In this document: positions 49,167-57,727 of the stretch, piece by piece
Numbering within the stretch: the stretch's first letter is position 1
Layout of the letters: each line of letters begins with the position of its first letter
Assembly: GCA_949297415.1 (NCBI GenBank)
Contig: CASFSV010000007.1
Span: forward strand, 4,932-68,931
Direction of reading: 5' to 3'
DNA length: 64,000 nt
Origin: an uncultured Alphaproteobacteria bacterium
GTDB lineage: Bacteria > Pseudomonadota > Alphaproteobacteria > RF32 > CAG-239
Translations under genes and position numbers: made by a program
Notes under the pieces: model-generated
Told to the model about the DNA's origin: nothing
The model's database searches: none
The model's input: the letters and a program-made list of their open reading frames with translations, nothing else

Positions 49167-49835
49167 ATGACTAAAGAGCGCGGAATTATATATATTTTAA
49201 CTAACCCAATGTTTCGAGAAGACGTTATCAAAATTGGTATAACTAAAGATTTACCCATGCGATTGAAACAACTTGGTTGCGAAACAGGGGTGCCTTGTCC
49301 GTTTGAATGTTATGTCGCATATGAAATAGATAATTATAAACAAGTAGAAAAGATTATGCATAGCATTTACCGTGGTGTTGAACGGCATACAGATAAAGAA
49401 CATAAGAAAAAAGAGTTCTTTCAAGTACATCCTAGCCGAGCTGATGAAGTTTTATCTCAACTTGCCGAATTGTTAAATGGTAAAAAAGTTATTATTGATA
49501 ATCGTAAAATTTATACTTTGGAACAACAACAGATTCTTGAAGAAAGTACAAAGGCGGCCGAAAAAAATCAAATTGCTAAAAGATTTAAATTTCAAGATTA
49601 TAACATTCCTATAGGAGCTACTTTAATTTTTATTAAAGATGATAAAATTCGTTGCAAAGTTATTGAAGACAACAAGGTCAATTATAATGGAGAAATATTC
49701 AGTTTAAGCCGCCTAACAATGAATTTGATGCAAGAACGAGGTTATTTAGGTAAACATTATAACGGCTATAATTATTGGCTATACAATGATACAATCCTAA
49801 CTGATATGTCTCCATCTACCGAAGAACAAGATTAA
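49167..49835 (+). CDS. GIY-YIG (T5orf172/MUG113-type) domain protein with DUF4357-like C-terminal domain
   Basis: GIIYILTNP...VIKIGIT core and EFFQV. C-terminal FKFQDYNIPIGATLIFIKDD...VNYNGEIFSLSRL. Paralogue at 60372-60977. Confidence 0.65.
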   Translation: MTKERGIIYILTNPMFREDVIKIGITKDLPMRLKQLGCETGVPCPFECYVAYEIDNYKQVEKIMHSIYRGVERHTDKEHKKKEFFQVHPSRADEVLSQLAELLNGKKVIIDNRKIYTLEQQQILEESTKAAEKNQIAKRFKFQDYNIPIGATLIFIKDDKIRCKVIEDNKVNYNGEIFSLSRLTMNLMQERGYLGKHYNGYNYWLYNDTILTDMSPSTEEQD

Positions 49836-50239
49836 CTAGACGGATATCTCAATTTTCCAAGTTCCTCCGCTAGTCTACCAGCCCTATCCTTTTCTAGCTC
49901 GTATTGTTGTTTGTAGTATTCGGCGTCGCGTTGATAGTTCAGGACTTCTTGGGCGAGAATGCGTTTATCTATGTTGCTTAAATCAACGCAAGAAATGGTT
50001 AAGTAGGGTTTGCCGGAGAGGTTTAGCACTCTGCGGCCGTGGATATCCGTTGATTTTAGAAGGTATCCCTCGCGGATAAGTTCGTTTACCATCACTTTGG
50101 CAGAATTAACCGTCAATCCTAGTGCGGCAGCGATTTTATCGTTCCCCATAAAAAATGTATGATTATTGTTGGTTTTGTATTTAATGAAATCCAATAGCAA
50201 ACGTTTGGTTATGGATAGCTCAGCTTTGCTTTTGCTCAT
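49832..50239 (-). CDS. small winged-helix DNA-binding protein with C-terminal coiled coil (Rep/regulator-like)
   Basis: IAAALGLTVNSAKVMVNELIREGYLLKS HTH. The iteron-like array lies 80-225 nt upstream of its start. Confidence 0.55.
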   Translation of the reverse strand: MSKSKAELSITKRLLLDFIKYKTNNNHTFFMGNDKIAAALGLTVNSAKVMVNELIREGYLLKSTDIHGRRVLNLSGKPYLTISCVDLSNIDKRILAQEVLNYQRDAEYYKQQYELEKDRAGRLAEELGKLRYPSS

Positions 50240-50319
50240 GTTTTCTCCTCATAAAAATTTGTCTCACAAATATTTATTAAAGAAGGACACAGGATTTTCA
50301 TTTGAACAAAATCCTCGCT

Positions 50320-50463
50320 GGAAATTGTTATTTCCACCTGTTTTAGATATCGGAAACTGTTATTTCCGGTTTTCTTGAAACGGAAACTCTTATTTCCACC
50401 GATGGAAATTGTTATTTCTGTTAACGGAAGTCGTTATTTCCCGAAATGGAAGCCGTTATTGCC
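50320..50463 (+). repeat. six iteron-like 16-bp repeats GGAA(A/G)nnGTTATT(T/G)CC
   Basis: Copies start at 50320, 50352, 50382, 50404, 50426 and 50448, with spacing 32, 30, 22, 22 and 22 bp. Each unit is itself an imperfect palindrome (GGAAAT...ATTTCC). Confidence 0.8.
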
Positions 50464-50527
50464 TTTGCTTTTTACGGAATGTGTTGTGTGACAAGGGATT
50501 GAGAGCGATTTTAAAGCCCTATAATAG

Positions 50528-50563
50528 TATTATAATAGAAAATAAAATAGCTATTATAATAGA
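50528..50563 (+). repeat. AT-rich tract with 2x TATTATAATAGA (possible unwinding element)
   Basis: 12-mer at 50528-50539 and 50552-50563 within a region of more than 80% AT next to the iterons. Confidence 0.4.
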
Positions 50564-50645
50564 CGGGAATTTAACAATAGCTCCTTTGTTTCTTTCTTAA
50601 AATAGAAGAAAAATAAATCAGTTGAAAGGAGTTTGATTCTTTCAA

Positions 50646-50676
50646 TAAAAAAGGAATGCAATTTAAGGCATTCCCT
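50646..50676 (-). terminator. rho-independent terminator of the hydrolase gene
   Basis: Minus strand GGAATGC-cttaaatt-GCATTCC followed by T6. Confidence 0.65.
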
Positions 50677-50749
50677 CTAAAGACAAATTAATATGATGAG
50701 ATTTATAGCTGTTTGCTACATAGGTATTTATCCGTTAATTGTCCGAAAA

Positions 50750-51508
50750 TCACTTTTCATTCCGGATTTGAGAATAAATTTCTTCCCAGCCGGAATTGTG
50801 CATGGCGCCCCCAACCTCAATGATATTGTCGTTCTTGCCGACAAATTCGCGCACCAATACCGGCGGCATGACTTTATCATCACTGCCGACATAGTGGATT
50901 TGCGGGATTTTGGCGAACTGTTTTCGGTAGCTTTCCAAATTCATTGATTCATTAAGCGGCGGCAGGTTGTGATATTGTGTCCATGCTAAGTGGTCGAGAT
51001 TTCCGGCAATGGTTATAATTTTTTTGACATTTAATCCCTGCTTGGCGGATGCTATCAACCCTGCAACTTGCGCCCCACCGGAGAATCCAATTAAAATAAC
51101 CGGATTGTCACCGACAATTTGTTTGACAGCTGCCTGTTCGGCGTTAATAACTTCCGGCGCAAAACGGGCGGTTGTCCAATGACGTTTGGAACAAATCGGA
51201 CTCTTGACATATTGGCATGGTCTTGCAAGATAAACGACATTAGGAGAATCGTCTCCAAAGGCTAATTCCCGCATGAGTATTCCTTTAGGTGTCGGGTCTT
51301 GCGTGGCGTGTCCGTGAGCATTAAAAGCATAACCATCGCCTTCAATGTATATTTTATAAACGCCGGAGAGATCGGTTATTTTTTGCCAGCTGGCAAGCGT
51401 AAAGTCTCTTGTCGGAATTTCTTTATAAACATACGCCGGCGGAACGGCAATACTGCTGCAGCCGCTGAGCAAAAATAATATGGCAAACAGTTTTAACATA
51501 AATTTCAA
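50750..51508 (-). CDS. alpha/beta hydrolase-fold lipoprotein
   Basis: Lipobox LLSGCSS and nucleophile elbow GFSGGAQ. Confidence 0.65.
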   Translation of the reverse strand: MKFMLKLFAILFLLSGCSSIAVPPAYVYKEIPTRDFTLASWQKITDLSGVYKIYIEGDGYAFNAHGHATQDPTPKGILMRELAFGDDSPNVVYLARPCQYVKSPICSKRHWTTARFAPEVINAEQAAVKQIVGDNPVILIGFSGGAQVAGLIASAKQGLNVKKIITIAGNLDHLAWTQYHNLPPLNESMNLESYRKQFAKIPQIHYVGSDDKVMPPVLVREFVGKNDNIIEVGGAMHNSGWEEIYSQIRNEK

Positions 51509-51573
51509 CCTCTTATAAAAAGCACTATAAAGGCTTATTTCTAAAAATTCCAGAGGGTTTTTGATGATTTAAC

Positions 51574-51602
51574 TTGATTCTAACTCATTTACTTTATAGA
51601 GT
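51574..51602 (+). promoter_or_regulatory. candidate promoter for the structured leader/autotransporter
   Basis: TTGATT (51574-79), 17 nt, TAGAGT (51597-602). Confidence 0.3.
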
Positions 51603-51609
51603 AGAAACG

Positions 51610-51801
51610 AGCGGGAAACTGCTTAGGGCGTCAGAAACCCTTGAAAATACTAACAGTCGTGTGCACACGACTTAAAAACTGTGCCGACTTCTTGTCTAAT
51701 GGACGGATGTCGGTGAATAAGGCTCAGCCAAATAAGCCGAGCCGTTTGTTAGTATACGGTTTCTGAACATCCGCCCGCCTTTCAAAGAAAAGCGGGTTTT
51801 T
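51610..51801 (+). promoter_or_regulatory. highly structured ~190-nt leader RNA (candidate riboswitch/attenuator or sRNA) ending in an intrinsic terminator
   Basis: A long interrupted closing helix is formed by GGGCG/CGCCC, UCAGAAACC/GGUUUCUGA and AUACUAACA/UGUUAGUAU. It encloses three hairpins. The terminator CCCGC-13 nt-GCGGG-U5 overlaps the 3' strand of the closing helix. Confidence 0.45.
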
Positions 51802-51822
51802 CTTTAACTAGTTAGAAAAAGG

Positions 51823-54270
51823 ATGTTTAATCGTATGAAAAATAAACTTTTAATTACAACGGCATTAGTGGCTTTATTTTCTGCCAATAATGCTTTTTCT
51901 CAGGTAAGAGAAGATTTGATTGTAGATTCTCAAACCCCGATCAGCAATCAGGGAATGGACGAAGAACCATATTACTACAAATCAATCAAAGTAGAAAAAG
52001 AAGGCTCATTAAATATTGAAACTTCTAATATCAAAACCGAACAAGATATTACGGTTTTAGGCGGACTGGATTTGAAAAACAGCGTTTTGGAAGCCGGAAA
52101 TGATGCCGATGACCAGCCCAATAACTCCAACATATTGTTGGATGGTGCAACCGTAACCATGAATGATTCGGATTTGGAAGCCAACGGCAACATTACCATT
52201 AAAGATACCAGCTTGAGTTCTGTTTCCACAATCGGAGAGCCGGATAATTATGGAATTTGGGCAGATGGCAATATTACCATTGAAAACAGTAATATTAATT
52301 TGGAAAAAAGCTATATTGATTCTTTCGGTGATATTACCATCGATGGCGGTGTTATCAATATGGCGAATATGGAAATTAACAGTTGGCGCGGAAACTTGAA
52401 TGTAAACGGCGGTGAAATTAATTTCAAAGGTGATGAAGATTCTGAAACACTGCTATATGCCCGCAAGGAGCTGAATATTAACGGTGGCGTTATTAATATG
52501 GGTGGTGCTAAACCTATTATTGATAATATCGCAGATTCTGAACCCGATGCCTATCCGGCGTATGATTTGAATATCAACGGCGGAACAATCAACGTTACTG
52601 GTAAACAGGCTGAAATTTCCAGCAGCAAAAACGTTAACATTAACGGCGGTACAATCAATATTGCCGAAGGCAGCACTCTGGGAATCTATGGCGGAAACGA
52701 TCAAACGCCGACAACGGCTCAGCTTGGTTCCGCAGCAATTTTGAATATTGCCGGAACATTGGACACCAGCCTGAACGGCAACGGAACGCTTAACTTTAAT
52801 TCAAACAGCGGAAAGATTACCGGCAATGTCAATATGACAAGCGGCGGCGTTATGAACGTCGGGTTGAATAATGCGGTTATTGACGGCGATGCAACATTTA
52901 ATTCTGGTTCAACGCTGAAGCTGGAAATTGCCGACGGCGGTAACGGTTCTCTGCAAGCAGCAAACATTACCGGCAAAGAAGGATCCAAACTGGCGCTGAA
53001 CATTACCAAGAAAATGGAAATAGGCCAGACTTTGGAAGATGTGGCTTTGTTGAAAGGCAATGTAGACAATCACTTTACCAATGAGATTTCCAATAACCGT
53101 TATAAGGTAACCTCGGAAGACGGTAAGAATTTTGACATTACCTATGAAAATTCGGCTTCTGATGTCGTGGCAGACGCCGGCGGTTCAGCTAACAATGCCC
53201 AAACAGCTGAAGCTTGGGATACGTTGGGACAATCATCAACAGCAAGCGACAATGCCAAAGCGGTTGCTTCGGTCTTAAACGATTTGTCGCAGAATAACGA
53301 ACAGGCTTATGTTGACGCGTTGACGGCTGTTGCACCTGAAGTTGCACCGATGGTACAGAAAACCCAAACCGAAACTGCAAATCGGGTATTCGGAGCAGTC
53401 AGCACACGCTTGACCGGCGGGTCAATCTCAACCGGCGGTGAAGGTATGTCTTCCGGCGATAACATTTTTGAACGTGCAGCCGTGTGGGTTCAGGGAATGT
53501 TTAACAAATCCAAGCTGGACGATACATCCAAAGCCAAAGGTTTTGACGCAGATTCTGCAGGTGTCACATTCGGTGCCGAGAAGTTTGTAACTGATGATAC
53601 GAAGGTTGGTATTGGTTACGCTTACACCAATACGGATATTGACGGCTTTATGAGAAGCACAGACGTTGATACGCACACGGCAATTTTGTACGGTGAATAC
53701 AAACCAAGCAACTGGTATGTAAACGGTATTGCAACATACGGCTGGTCTGATTACTCCGAAGACAAGAGTGTTGCCGGCGTTGGCGTCAAAGCTGACTATG
53801 ATGTTGAAACCTTTGGTTTACAGGCTATGACCGGTTATGACATGAATGTTAATGGTTTAGGCTTCACGCCCGAGGTTGGATTGCGTTATGTCCACATCAA
53901 ACAGGACGCTTACAAAGATTCTGCCGACCAGAAAGTCTCCGGAAACGACAGCGATATCCTGACCGGCGTTATCGGAGCAAAAGTCAGCAAGTCTTGGGAA
54001 TTGTCTAACGGTATGAACATCAAGCCGGAAGCCCGTATTGCCGCAACTTATGACCTGTTTAACGATGATGTTAATTCAGTCGTAACTCTGGCCAACGGTT
54101 CGGCTTATGCGGTCGAAGGCGAAGCTCTTGACCGTTTCGGTATGGAATTCGGTGCCGGCGTAACTGCGGAAGTTAACGACAACGTTGAGCTTTCGCTTGG
54201 TTATGAAGGTAAATTCCGTGAGGATTACCAAGACCACACTGGCTTAATTAACGCTAAATATAAGTTTTAG
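51823..54270 (+). CDS. autotransporter (type Va) outer membrane protein
   Basis: Signal peptide MKNKLLITTALVALFSANNAFS (alternative start 51835). Passenger has repeated (L/V)NINGG(V/T)IN beta-helix units. C-terminal ~270-aa beta-barrel ends in ...INAKYKF. Confidence 0.85.
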   Translation: MFNRMKNKLLITTALVALFSANNAFSQVREDLIVDSQTPISNQGMDEEPYYYKSIKVEKEGSLNIETSNIKTEQDITVLGGLDLKNSVLEAGNDADDQPNNSNILLDGATVTMNDSDLEANGNITIKDTSLSSVSTIGEPDNYGIWADGNITIENSNINLEKSYIDSFGDITIDGGVINMANMEINSWRGNLNVNGGEINFKGDEDSETLLYARKELNINGGVINMGGAKPIIDNIADSEPDAYPAYDLNINGGTINVTGKQAEISSSKNVNINGGTINIAEGSTLGIYGGNDQTPTTAQLGSAAILNIAGTLDTSLNGNGTLNFNSNSGKITGNVNMTSGGVMNVGLNNAVIDGDATFNSGSTLKLEIADGGNGSLQAANITGKEGSKLALNITKKMEIGQTLEDVALLKGNVDNHFTNEISNNRYKVTSEDGKNFDITYENSASDVVADAGGSANNAQTAEAWDTLGQSSTASDNAKAVASVLNDLSQNNEQAYVDALTAVAPEVAPMVQKTQTETANRVFGAVSTRLTGGSISTGGEGMSSGDNIFERAAVWVQGMFNKSKLDDTSKAKGFDADSAGVTFGAEKFVTDDTKVGIGYAYTNTDIDGFMRSTDVDTHTAILYGEYKPSNWYVNGIATYGWSDYSEDKSVAGVGVKADYDVETFGLQAMTGYDMNVNGLGFTPEVGLRYVHIKQDAYKDSADQKVSGNDSDILTGVIGAKVSKSWELSNGMNIKPEARIAATYDLFNDDVNSVVTLANGSAYAVEGEALDRFGMEFGAGVTAEVNDNVELSLGYEGKFREDYQDHTGLINAKYKF

Positions 54271-54288
54271 TATTTAATCCGTAGCACA

Positions 54289-54327
54289 AAATACCCTGTG
54301 GCCGATTGGTTACAGGGTATTTTTTTG
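54289..54327 (+). terminator. rho-independent terminator of autotransporter gene
   Basis: ATACCCTGT-12 nt-ACAGGGTAT followed by T7. Confidence 0.75.
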
Positions 54328-54391
54328 CAAACAACAAATTACCGATTTGCCGGATAAATATCTTTGTAACAAAAAGACAAAGGAGATTTTT

Positions 54392-54952
54392 ATGTTGATT
54401 TATAACTCAGAGAACGAATGCTACTCCAGATTTATCCCTATTGACCAAGCAGCTGAAACACAAGAGAAAATAAAGAAACTGGAAACGAGATTGCAAAATA
54501 TGCCGGTTAATCCGATTGATCAGACAGAATGCACGGATGAACTAGATATTGATGACGTTAATTCATTAAAGGAATTACTCAAAACGGAAAATTTTAATAT
54601 CAATATGCCGATAAACCGCCGCCGTGCCAGTTTGTTCCTGGTTGCCTGCTACTTTTGCTCCGATAAAGAGCCTTTAGAATATTTGCTTGCACAGAGCTGC
54701 GAAATCAACAGAACGGATATTTTTGGTTACAACGCTATTATGTCCGTGATTTTGAACGAAAATATGGACGATGAAACAAAATTAGCCGTATTGCAAATGT
54801 TGATTGACAAGGGCTGTGACGTTAATTGGATTAATTGTCAGGGCAAATCCGCATTAATGCTGGCCTTGGAGCGTATAGAGCCTGATATTGCCAATCTTTT
54901 GCTTGATAACGGAGCTGTTTTATATAAAAGTTCTGAAAACCAAATAAACTAA
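54392..54952 (+). CDS. ankyrin repeat protein
   Basis: ATG 54392 preceded by AAAGGAG. ANK-like units (...GYNAIMSVILNEN...MLIDKGCDVNWINCQGKSALMLAL...LLLDNGA). Confidence 0.7.
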   Translation: MLIYNSENECYSRFIPIDQAAETQEKIKKLETRLQNMPVNPIDQTECTDELDIDDVNSLKELLKTENFNINMPINRRRASLFLVACYFCSDKEPLEYLLAQSCEINRTDIFGYNAIMSVILNENMDDETKLAVLQMLIDKGCDVNWINCQGKSALMLALERIEPDIANLLLDNGAVLYKSSENQIN

Positions 54953-55119
54953 ATTGACTGTGCATTTGTTTTAATTATGGCTTGATAGAATATATAATAC
55001 TCTCCTTGCAATAAAACACCTATATCTTCTTAGCTTACCCAACCTTTTTTAAAATATTCGTTAACTTGTTTTATTAATCCGTCAATACTTACGTCATAAA
55101 GAATATTATATTTCATTGG

Positions 55120-55893
55120 TTATATAAAACGCCAAAGATTTACACCTAAAAGCGCTAATAAAGTTAATAAAGCAAACAACCCACCAAAGCAAATTCCAAA
55201 TAGAAATTCAATAATTCCAATTTCTTTATCTTTACAGATTGATAATAAGGACTTTGCTACAAACGCAAAAAAAGATGCCGGAACAAAACATTCAAATAAG
55301 TATCCTGGAACAACAATAAATCCACGAACAACAAGAATGGCTGCTAAAATTGAAAGAATAATCATTATCCCTTCTGAAACGTTAAATTTATCAGAAGCCA
55401 CTATTTTATTTTTGTGATTTATTAATAGCTTGGTTCTTTTTTCTACTTCATTTATTTTATATACTAAATAAATCCCTATTTCTCCATCTGCTAAGTCTTT
55501 AATATTTTCCCAATTAATTAAATTTATAGCCGGAACAATATTTTTATTAATGGAACATTCTGTTGGAATAATTTCAGGAGGTCTTTTATTATTACTATTA
55601 ATTGGAGCTATACCATTATACATAAAATTACCATTCATTATTTGATTTTCAATAAATGATGTTTTATTCCAATCAATTTCTATGTCATTGTTAGATTTAT
55701 TTTCAATATTAATATTAAAGAAGATATTATTTTTAATACTGAAAACAATATCAACATTTTCATCAGAATATTTTGCTACCTGCGAATCTATATCATTTAA
55801 GAATTCCTCTCGTTTCTGATTAAATTCTTCTTCTGTAATAACGCCCTTTTCTTTTAGTTCGTTAAGTTTTTCTAATTCCTCTGCCGTAATCAT
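55120..55893 (-). CDS. N-terminal SHOCT-like domain protein with C-terminal multi-TM region
   Basis: AEELEKLNELKEKGVITEEEFNQKREEFL matches the SHOCT pattern. The C-terminal ~85 aa form 3-4 hydrophobic helices. GAGGTG RBS. Third gene of the cassette. Confidence 0.6.
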   Translation of the reverse strand: MITAEELEKLNELKEKGVITEEEFNQKREEFLNDIDSQVAKYSDENVDIVFSIKNNIFFNINIENKSNNDIEIDWNKTSFIENQIMNGNFMYNGIAPINSNNKRPPEIIPTECSINKNIVPAINLINWENIKDLADGEIGIYLVYKINEVEKRTKLLINHKNKIVASDKFNVSEGIMIILSILAAILVVRGFIVVPGYLFECFVPASFFAFVAKSLLSICKDKEIGIIEFLFGICFGGLFALLTLLALLGVNLWRFI

Positions 55894-55908
55894 TTTTTAC
55901 ACCTCAAA

Positions 55909-56337
55909 TTACAAATTATTTTCAATATAATTAAATATCTTATTTGTAATTTTTTTCTTTTCTCCCCAGTCAAAAGCTTGAAAGGAAATACATTTACCAA
56001 ATATAGAAACAGATGTAGATTGTTTTGATTTTGAGATTTGAATTAACATTGTTTGACCATACGATAACCAAGTCTTAGGTGTATCAAACATAATGATTCC
56101 TTTGTTTTTATTTGAATTGGAGATTGTATAATCAAATTCTTTTATTGCATTTTGAGCCGAATTAAATATTTTATCATAATCAGCATTAAATAACCTTTCT
56201 CCTTGTTTAGGAAGCTGAATATCTATAACATCCGATTCAATATTTAAAAGCTGTTTCTTTTTTTCGTTAAATTGATCTTCTGTAATAATACCTTTTTCTT
56301 TTAATTCAAACAATTTTTCAAGTTCCTGTGTATCCAT
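55909..56337 (-). CDS. N-terminal SHOCT-like domain protein (soluble)
   Basis: TQELEKLFELKEKGIITEDQFNEKKKQLL followed by an unknown ~105-aa domain. Second gene of the cassette. Confidence 0.6.
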   Translation of the reverse strand: MDTQELEKLFELKEKGIITEDQFNEKKKQLLNIESDVIDIQLPKQGERLFNADYDKIFNSAQNAIKEFDYTISNSNKNKGIIMFDTPKTWLSYGQTMLIQISKSKQSTSVSIFGKCISFQAFDWGEKKKITNKIFNYIENNL

Positions 56338-56365
56338 AATTTTAACCTTTCATAAGAAATTAAAC

Positions 56366-56809
56366 CTAATTTATCTCCGCCAATTCAATTACCATAACAC
56401 CTTTATTTTTTGCTCTTTTACAAACATCAAAAGCTCTGCCTTTTAGCTGGTTATAGGCAATGATAAAATCCGTATTTTCTATTATCCAATTATTGCGGTG
56501 GACAATGCACCAACGTTTATATCCGATAGCGGCTCGGTCAGGATATATGAAACTATCAAAATATCTTTCCCCGTCATTAACCTCTTTCATACCGGATGCA
56601 ACAAAGACTATCCGGATGCCGGGATTGTTTTGTTTTATTTGCAAAACGGCATTATAAGCATCTCGCTCATAAGCACCTTTTGAACCGACATAAAAAGTAT
56701 CTACACCTTCTTCGGCAATAAGCTGAAGAGCTTGCTCTTTTACTTTTTCTATAATGTCATCTCTTCTCCACTTATAATCGTTTCCAAAAAAGGCACAGGA
56801 TTTACTCAT
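56366..56809 (-). CDS. SLOG-fold protein, DUF1273/YpsA-like
   Basis: CAFFGNDY..., EGVDTFYVGSKGAYERDAYNAVLQIKQNNPGIRIVFV and HRNNWIIENTDFIIAYNQLKGRAFDVCKRAKNKGVMVIEL follow the DUF1273 pattern (Rossmann-like; GxxG-type loop; RN..mvd.sD.liavy). Start set at ATG 56809. Confidence 0.55.
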   Translation of the reverse strand: MSKSCAFFGNDYKWRRDDIIEKVKEQALQLIAEEGVDTFYVGSKGAYERDAYNAVLQIKQNNPGIRIVFVASGMKEVNDGERYFDSFIYPDRAAIGYKRWCIVHRNNWIIENTDFIIAYNQLKGRAFDVCKRAKNKGVMVIELAEIN

Positions 56810-57093
56810 TTGAATTTCTTTCAAAATAGAGGTGTTTTTTATACGATACACAAACCAACGATTATGTTCCTGTCTGCTTTTATCTATTTGAAAGAAATTA
56901 TTTTTCTTTTATCAAGCTCCTTGAAAACCTTAGTTTTCCTGACATTTATGCCCATTATATATTTTTGAAGCGGGCGGAAGAAAATAAAACGAATAACCAT
57001 ACAAAAGGGTTGATTTTATCGTTCATTAAAAATGCCCTTCTATTTTATCTCAACTCTTTGAATCTCCGATAAATATGTAAAAAGGGGAAAAAG

Positions 57094-57699
57094 ATGTCGG
57101 TTATTGCATATATAAGGAAAAGTACGGATAAACAGTCATTTGAACATCAGGAATATGAAATTGAACAATACGCAGAAAAGCACAACCTTAAAATAGATAG
57201 ATGGGTTGAAGAAAGCATTTCCAGTCGGAAAGAACTTAAAAAACGACAATTAGGAAAATTGCTGGAAGAGCTACAAGACGGAGATATTTTGATAGCAACT
57301 GAAATTTCAAGACTTGGAAGGTCATTACTTGAAGTAATGGGAATTTTACAAACTTGTTTAGAGAAAAATTGTCAGGTATGGACTATTAAAGAATCATATA
57401 ACCTGAAAAATGATTTGCAATCGCAACTACTTGCCGTTGTATTTTCTATAGGAGTAAGCATTGAGCGTTCTTTGCTTTCACAAAGAACAAAAACAGCATT
57501 AGATGCTAAAAAAGCCGCGGGAATTAAACTAGGTCGTCCTTTCGGAGCAGAAAGCAAAAAACTAAAATTATCAAAAAATACCAAAAGAATAAGAGATTTA
57601 TTGGATAAGAAAGTTCCCAAAGCCCAAATTGCCAGAATAATGGGGGTACAAAAAATAACTTTAAGACGATTTATCAAACGTATGGGATGGAGTGATTAA
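57094..57699 (+). CDS. small serine recombinase (resolvase/invertase family)
   Basis: VIAYIRKSTDKQS catalytic Ser context, ISRLGRS, and C-terminal HTH KAQIARIMGVQKITLRRFIKR. Confidence 0.85.
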   Translation: MSVIAYIRKSTDKQSFEHQEYEIEQYAEKHNLKIDRWVEESISSRKELKKRQLGKLLEELQDGDILIATEISRLGRSLLEVMGILQTCLEKNCQVWTIKESYNLKNDLQSQLLAVVFSIGVSIERSLLSQRTKTALDAKKAAGIKLGRPFGAESKKLKLSKNTKRIRDLLDKKVPKAQIARIMGVQKITLRRFIKRMGWSD

Positions 57700-57704
57700 G
57701 TTAA

Positions 57705-57727
57705 AACCAGAGATACTGCTCTGGTCT
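57705..57727. terminator. hairpin between convergent resolvase and 57728 genes
   Basis: ACCAGAG-atactg-CTCTGGT followed by a T-rich run. Confidence 0.55.

Noticed and set aside
50320-50463. Possible CRISPR array
   Set aside because: Repeat units are only 16 bp with 6-16 bp between them, are imperfect palindromes, and there are no cas genes. An iteron or operator array fits better.
51610-51801. 6S RNA identity for the structured RNA
   Set aside because: Only a short local resemblance to the E. coli 6S 3' bubble strand. The predicted multi-hairpin junction is not the rod-with-central-bubble 6S shape, and the genomic context is atypical. It is kept as an unclassified structured RNA.
55030-55116. 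28-aa ORF MKYNILYDVSIDGLIKQVNEYFKKGWVS resembling the N-terminus of the DUF1737-like protein at 59064
   Set aside because: It is truncated and has no RBS. It may be a gene fragment at the cassette border, with insufficient evidence for a functional gene.
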